Part shown: one piece after another, positions 30,001 through 32,000 of the stretch | Numbering within the stretch: the first letter of the stretch is position 1 | How the letters are laid out: each line of letters begins with the position of its first letter | Assembly (NCBI GenBank): GCA_963662715.1 | Contig: OY759724.1 | Coordinates: 1,080,001 to 1,112,000 of the forward strand | Direction: 5' to 3' | Length of the DNA stretch: 32,000 bases | Origin: Candidatus Omnitrophota bacterium | GTDB lineage: Bacteria > Omnitrophota > Gorgyraeia > Zapsychrales > JANLHA01 | Notes under the pieces: generated by a model | Seen by the model: the letters and a program-made list of their open reading frames with translations, nothing else | What the model was told of the DNA's origin: nothing | The model's database searches: none | Program-made: the position numbers and the translations under genes

Positions 30001-32000
30001 CAAAACATACGCCGCGCACCTTAGCGGAAAATTCTTTTCTGAAAGATTTCCCTTCCTCTTCCATAGTCCTGTTAAAGGCACCGGCGACCGCCGCAAATGT
30101 ACTCATGTTAGACTCCAGAGGAATGCTCCAGCTGCCGATTTCAAGCCGCCCAAACCTTCTAAATTTTTGATTGCTTTGTTTTGCGCCTCCCTTTACTCTG
30201 GGTTCCCCCACCGGCGAACTGGTATTATCTGTTTTACTTAACCTTGCCGCTTCGGGTTGGATAATGCCTAAGGCCACCAGTTTTTCATAAAGGGCCTTTT
30301 CCTGAATGCCCAAAGCTTCGGCAAGCTGCCCTCTCGACAGAACTTGATGGTTCGCCTCAATGAACCGCAATTCCTCCTTCTTCCTCTGAATCTCAGCCGT
30401 GGTTTTTCCAAGATCAACAGCCAGTTGGGCTTCATCCTCTTCCCTTCGCCTTGAGAGTTCTGCCTCTTCCTGATTCTGCCATTTATGCAGTTCGATATCC
30501 TCGTTAATCAATCTTCTCATATATCTGCGGTCGGCTTTATGTTGTCCGCTGTCCTCCCATCCGTATGCGGCATAGATGCCCTCAAGACCTTTCTCAAAAT
30601 AAATATCAGCGATCACTCGAAAGCCCTCCAGCATATTCTCGATGATCGCCACCGGCTTCTTAAAATGAACAGCCAGAGCCTTTGCATCCTGGGCTCCATT
30701 GGCCACAAACAGACGCCACAACAGTTTTCTTTCTTCCCGGCTCCACCGGGTATATTCAAACCAGGTCAGCCTCATCTTGATTGCACTCGTGTTCCATTCG
30801 AGATCACCGGCCAAAGTGGCATTATTCAATTCCGCATAATGGTTTCTGATATAAGCTAATTTTTCGAGCTGCTGCTTGGTTGTTTCAACATCCTTCCTGA
30901 TCTGAGCAGCTAACTTTTCTGTCTGCTCGGGCGCGGGCATCTCGCCATACGGCAGACTCTCTTTAATCCACTGAATCAATATTTTCTCCTTGGCAGGGTC
31001 CCATTTTCGCCTTCCCTGAGGACCGGCTTTCCTGACCTGCGGGGCAGGGGCGGCAGCACTATGAGGGAGTTCTCCTTCCTGGACTCCGGCGGTATCTTCT
31101 GGTTCTGATGGCGATAAAGCTTCTGCTTTCGACGGGATATCCGGACAAATTTCTGTAGGAACAATATTATTGAGGACAAGACCGGTGATGTCCAGATAAT
31201 CTTCCCCGTAAAATTCATTGATAGAAGACATCCGGGAAAAGAGAACATATCCGTGCCAATTCACGGACACGACCTGCTGCCGGGACTGATTGAAAATATA
31301 AAACGTCCCTTTCGAGCCGTACCGGTAAAAATATTTATTTGCGGCCTGTTGCCCTTCGGCCTCTCTTTCGTTGATGGTTTCTTTGATCTTCTTTTCGTGT
31401 GCACGTGGATCACGCTGCCTATCAATCTTAAAGTCCCTTTCTCCCCGCAAAACGGCCACGATATCCCGGCTTAACCCCGCGTTAATCTTTCCGGCCCCGA
31501 TCTTATCCGCCGCGCCAAGAACATGAGCGGCAAAACCTTCCTCCGAAAATTCCAGAATACGCATCACGTCACCCAGAGGCCCAACGACAACAACTAAAAA
31601 TCTTTGGCCCTTTTCCAAATAAAAATGTTTATAAAACCGCGTCGCACCGCTTCTGTCCTGATAACGGCTCCCCCGGAAAACTTTCCCTTCCCTTAAAACA
31701 TGGGCAATATTGGAAATCACTTCTTCTTCATTAACAATCCTTCTTGCCTGAATATCTGCCCCGAAATACGTATCCCCGGTTCTGGCATGATTATTCACAA
31801 GCATTTCGCCAACCCGCTGCCATCCAAAAGGCCGTTTCCCGCGGTAAGAGGGGTACCCCTGGAATAAGACACAGACGTCAGGGACAACAACTTCCCTTCC
31901 TCTGTGTCGGAAGATCAGCTCCAAGCCTTGCCTTTCCACAACCGCAAGCGGCAGGAACCATCCGCTCTGAATCTCCCGGGTTAAACCGACCGCCTTTATC
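1..32000 (-). CDS. Internal fragment of one giant multidomain ORF (at least 10,666 codons; neither start nor stop codon lies in the window)
   Basis: The minus-strand frame with codon first bases at 31999, 31996 ... 4 was translated by hand end to end. It gives protein-like sequence with no in-frame TAA/TAG/TGA. All recognised motifs share this one frame: three CxxxCxxC, GDSGAP, GGTGFIG/YxxxK, Walker A, HLHFQ, VLVVGPGSG and 20 SSPV. I checked each anchor coordinate as equal to 1 mod 3. The supplied ORF track has no entry in this frame but has entries in the other five, as expected if the ORF is open at both window edges. Confidence 0.9.
2..330 (-). other. TPR-like helical repeats (C-terminal-most part of the ORF in this window)
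   Basis: Translation: ...LLRAVDKDPLLGLAHCALALLYSNLAGQETDPDTREKLWTRSQIYIDRAVALYPQRMDVLLSAAKIYEMLAREQ... This is a helix-hairpin pattern directly after a transglutaminase-like core, a SirB1/YchA-type arrangement. Confidence 0.4.
470..700 (-). other. Transglutaminase-like (papain-fold) Cys-His-Asp core
   Basis: Translation: MANCLVFSVIYHEIARESGFEARVV...ETWHVIVIVGLDEDRILTLDLMN. The Cys codon is at 662-664, His at 557-559 and Asp at 509-511, in the canonical order and spacing. Confidence 0.45.
1185..1440 (-). other. GNAT-family N-acetyltransferase domain
   Basis: Translation: DILIMARGGKVVGQLTYYVHTGDKQGKLFYIVIARDAHGRGSRYGTNLLRTFVRML. An acetyl-CoA binding motif A-like R-G-x-G-x-x-G-x-x-L lies at 1283-1330. 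Confidence 0.6.
2645..3205 (-). other. Trypsin-fold (PA clan, S1/Trypsin_2-like) serine protease domain with complete catalytic triad
   Basis: His lies in FTSKHGLY (codon 3104-3106), Asp in LNDVAVIRL (2936-2938) and Ser in MYLGDSGAPLLD (2708-2710). They occur in the canonical H-D-S order and spacing, followed by GQVVGLMS. Confidence 0.8.
3515..4570 (-). other. TPR-like / all-helical repeat region
   Basis: About 350 aa of amphipathic helix pairs, for example EAIAEIAEFLTELGEYEEAIKTIRIL, GHYEQAEEVLKQGYNYFLQI, SRAFLEKAKRQLSYLY and GKEHLAKAKEMVDP. Confidence 0.55.
4728..4975 (-). other. CBM48/AMPK-beta-type (E-set) carbohydrate-binding-like beta-sandwich
   Basis: Translation: VTFVFKPQGGRHEEIQSVFLGGSFNRWLNDEDNEEFKMVEQDGLWQLSVVIQEHQIDYKFLVVFADGSQSWISYKFDPYNP. 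It matches the V-F-x-W...V-x-L-x-G-S-F-N-x-W...G-x-W...Y-K-F pattern. Confidence 0.55.
6200..6590 (-). other. P-loop NTPase / small-molecule kinase-like domain
   Basis: Walker A motif LVVITGRVSTGKTMFAEMI at 6542-6571, followed by a hydrophobic strand VVIIDGTE (Walker B-like). Confidence 0.65.
7300..7530 (-). other. ACT-like domain (C-terminal part of an RSH-type module)
   Basis: Translation: HYSINISFSAARPGRLLAVLRAMQILKFVVKRISVKTSGFSKQVYRIALDVRESPGHQTTPQDIRKIL. This is a beta-alpha-beta-beta-alpha-beta pattern, positioned as in RelA/SpoT C-termini. Confidence 0.4.
8095..8290 (-). other. TGS domain
   Basis: Translation: DYVPLSLPEGAIALDVAAHRKIDRLYKGIYCGTFKVRIKVDEI...LDEIKDGDVLLL. It matches the TGS pattern (P-x-G-[AS]-T/I-x-x-D-x-A ... 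G-x-x-V ... L-x-D-G-D). Confidence 0.5.
8460..8860 (-). other. RelA/SpoT-like (RSH) nucleotide pyrophosphokinase domain, partly degenerate
   Basis: VRFKSTYSYSRKE gives an exact R-x-K-x-x-x-S-x-x-x-K (8807-8842). CDIWGGMFVV corresponds to D-x-x-G-x-R with Arg replaced by Met (Asp codon 8765-8767). RYIEIIIISEENY stands in place of EIQIRT (8525-8548). GTAKHSVYSMRK stands in place of G-x-AAHW-x-YK. Confidence 0.5.
10800..11200 (-). other. Possible degenerate GHKL-type ATPase-like module
   Basis: Translation: VLAHTVENMMDLY...DILLRLISNGASF...FFGGRGEGNAIM...GLVVEVIIAK. It loosely follows the N-box, G1, G2 and final-strand order. The call is weak. Confidence 0.25.
12890..13345 (-). other. Class I SAM-dependent methyltransferase domain
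   Basis: Motif I RVLVVGPGSGIDAW at 13253-13285, an acidic/loop motif II region EIIYAIGLN, and a motif IV-like FDFVLWNMQ. Confidence 0.65.
14460..14655 (-). other. Small Cys-His-Asp (transglutaminase/papain-like) core within a 226-aa SSPV-delimited module
   Basis: Translation: GDHLCREFGYILGQVLAQIL...KTHYVIVFYYQTIPVLGIDPTFGQF. The Cys codon is at 14642-14644, His at 14519-14521 and Asp at 14471-14473. Confidence 0.35.
15990..17255 (-). other. Class B (cobalamin-binding domain plus radical SAM) enzyme module
   Basis: The N-terminal part is B12-binding-like: RILLVGPTNP...PPFGLYRIASFLKVFGFEVDVYDA...DMIGFSML...VIIAGGQGAQF (about 16830-17255). It is followed by VRVYFETECPMGCDFCSS, with CxxxCxxC at 16565-16588. 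Confidence 0.75.
17890..18430 (-). other. HIT-superfamily (GalT / Ap4A-phosphorylase / GDP-hexose-phosphorylase branch) nucleotidyltransferase-like domain
   Basis: KCPLCD at 18413-18427, then FHIVIVPLDH, then NAGNSQRHLHFQGYY with the HxHxQ signature at 18143-18160. Confidence 0.55.
19360..19990 (-). other. Possible Tiki/TraB/ChaN-like domain (tentative)
   Basis: A C-terminal PIVVGFGALHFEIIKNE (19367-19402) resembles the VVGxxHL motif of this superfamily. An upstream GTVYLRGYEH could be the N-terminal motif. The call is weak. Confidence 0.2.
20084..20194 (-). other. Internal lipoprotein-signal-peptide-like segment (Met, basic n-region, hydrophobic core, lipobox L-S-G-C)
   Basis: Translation: MAKMFRINGARAPGIFRMILIFFILLPQLVFLSGCAS. 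The in-frame ATG is at 20194-20192 and the Cys codon at 20092-20090. The reading frame is open upstream, so this is not a demonstrable gene start. Confidence 0.55.
20400..21360 (-). other. Extended-SDR NAD(P)-dependent epimerase/dehydratase domain
   Basis: Rossmann motif KVLLIGGTGFIGRS (GGTGFIG at 21323-21343). Catalytic S...YDLSK has Tyr at 20915-20917 and Lys at 20903-20905. Also IYVDDAAEAM. Confidence 0.85.
21670..22670 (-). other. Radical SAM domain 2 with Cys-rich C-terminal extension (SPASM/twitch-like)
   Basis: ELEIQSPYCSMGCEHCIG has CxxxCxxC at 22607-22630. Also LSGLFGEPL. Downstream cysteines lie in KKCWAMLF...GRMYPCDH...HCQVCSPW. Confidence 0.75.
23040..23950 (-). other. APH / choline-kinase / homoserine-kinase-II-type phosphotransferase domain
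   Basis: Catalytic loop VHNDLHVGNFIF at 23315-23341, followed by VIAIIDFAMA (the Mg-binding D-F equivalent). The N-lobe-like part is YILEEFMGDG. Confidence 0.7.
26606..26698 (-). other. Internal signal-peptide/TM-like hydrophobic segment with Cys-rich end
   Basis: Translation: MAGLGRYIARFIHSPPFVIIVAAVFIFCGGCAH. The in-frame ATG is at 26698-26696. It lies 27 codons after the SSPV at 26780-26791. Confidence 0.45.
27008..27814 (-). other. Radical SAM domain 1
   Basis: LDVYVTLRCLLRCAHCYW has CxxxCxxC at 27767-27790. HLGITGGEPFL is a GGE SAM-binding motif. Confidence 0.8.
28030..28984 (-). other. Formyltransferase (Fmt/ArnA-N-like; N- and C-terminal subdomains)
   Basis: NIVFFSEGTLFGRLSLQSL, then FDFINVHASMLPQLRGGLPVHAAVLFG (about 28670-28693), then TGITIHRIQEGWDTGEVV, and a following beta-barrel-like C-terminal subdomain. 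Confidence 0.8.
29200..29550 (-). other. GHKL / histidine-kinase-type ATPase domain (HATPase_c)
   Basis: N-box DLVCNEVVKNAI (about 29490-29512), G1 LIDNGIGMS (about 29389-29406), G2 SGFGFGLPKI, and GTVFIINLP. Confidence 0.75.
30362..31009 (-). other. Three tandem SANT/Myb-like tryptophan repeats followed by an HTH-like segment
   Basis: The three repeats are RKWDPAKEKILIQWIKE..., TRWSREERKLLWRLFVANGAQDAKALAVHFKKPVAIIENML and HKWQNQEEAELSRRREEDEAQLAVDLGKTTAEIQRKKEEL. They are followed by SRGQLAEALGIQEKALYEKL. Confidence 0.4.

Noticed and set aside
1031-30220. The recurring plus-strand 12-mers such as caccggagaact, caccggcgaact and gaccgggctgct, considered as a DNA repeat family, CRISPR-like array or REP element.
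   Set aside because: Spacing is irregular, from about 50 nt to 3.8 kb. The copies differ at synonymous codon positions, always sit in the coding frame, and have no flanking nucleotide conservation. This is a peptide motif, not a nucleotide repeat.
1-32000. Absence of any long ORF in the track suggested stop-codon reassignment or an alternative genetic code.
   Set aside because: One minus-strand frame is completely open under the standard code and encodes canonical domains. The track simply omits ORFs that lack both boundaries in the window, so no recoding is needed.
1-32000. An operon of many separate genes that happen to lie in the same frame.
   Set aside because: I found no stop codon between any pair of modules. 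The junctions are in-frame polar linkers with a shared SSPV motif rather than intergenic sequence with a stop, a ribosome-binding site and a start.
1-32000. NRPS/PKS megasynthase or repetitive adhesin (Ig/cadherin/RTX), the usual explanations for a giant bacterial gene.
   Set aside because: By eye I saw no condensation (HHxxxDG), adenylation, carrier-protein (GxDS), KS or AT motifs. I also saw no tandemly repeated domain-length sequence. The modules are mutually unrelated.

Overview
The whole 32 kb window appears to be an internal fragment of one giant minus-strand ORF. The reverse-complement frame whose codons start at coordinates equal to 1 mod 3 (31999 down to 2) stays open for all 10,666 codons. 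I translated it by hand from end to end and saw no TAA, TAG or TGA. Every motif I recognised falls in this same frame. The supplied ORF track has entries in the other five frames but none in this one, which fits an ORF with neither start nor stop inside the window. On that reading, all ORFs in the track are short antisense or out-of-frame shadow ORFs.

The product is not a repetitive adhesin and shows no NRPS/PKS motifs. It is a non-repetitive chain of heterogeneous, enzyme-sized modules. From the N-terminal side (high coordinates) these are:
- SANT/Myb-like W-repeats
- GHKL/histidine-kinase ATPase
- formyltransferase
- radical SAM 1
- a signal-peptide-like hydrophobic segment
- a roughly 670 aa helical module of unknown function
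- APH-type kinase
- radical SAM 2 with a Cys-rich C-terminus
- SDR NAD-epimerase/dehydratase
- a lipoprotein-signal-like segment
- HIT (HxHxQ) nucleotidyltransferase-like domain
- B12-binding radical SAM 3
- a small Cys-His-Asp (transglutaminase-like) module
- class I methyltransferase
- unknown modules
- a RelA/SpoT-like synthetase with TGS and ACT domains
- P-loop kinase
- CBM48-like domain with TPR
- a trypsin-fold serine protease with an intact H-D-S triad
- GNAT
- transglutaminase-like core with TPR

The most striking signal is a tetrapeptide, S-S-P-V. It has 20 exact copies plus about 6 near variants, is encoded with varied synonymous codons, and sits in polar linkers almost exclusively at the junctions between modules. 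Together with the embedded protease, this suggests a polyprotein-like or otherwise junction-marked mega-enzyme.

I cannot support any RNA gene, CRISPR array, mobile element, promoter or terminator in this window. All domain calls are by-eye motif recognition. No HMM or database search was possible.
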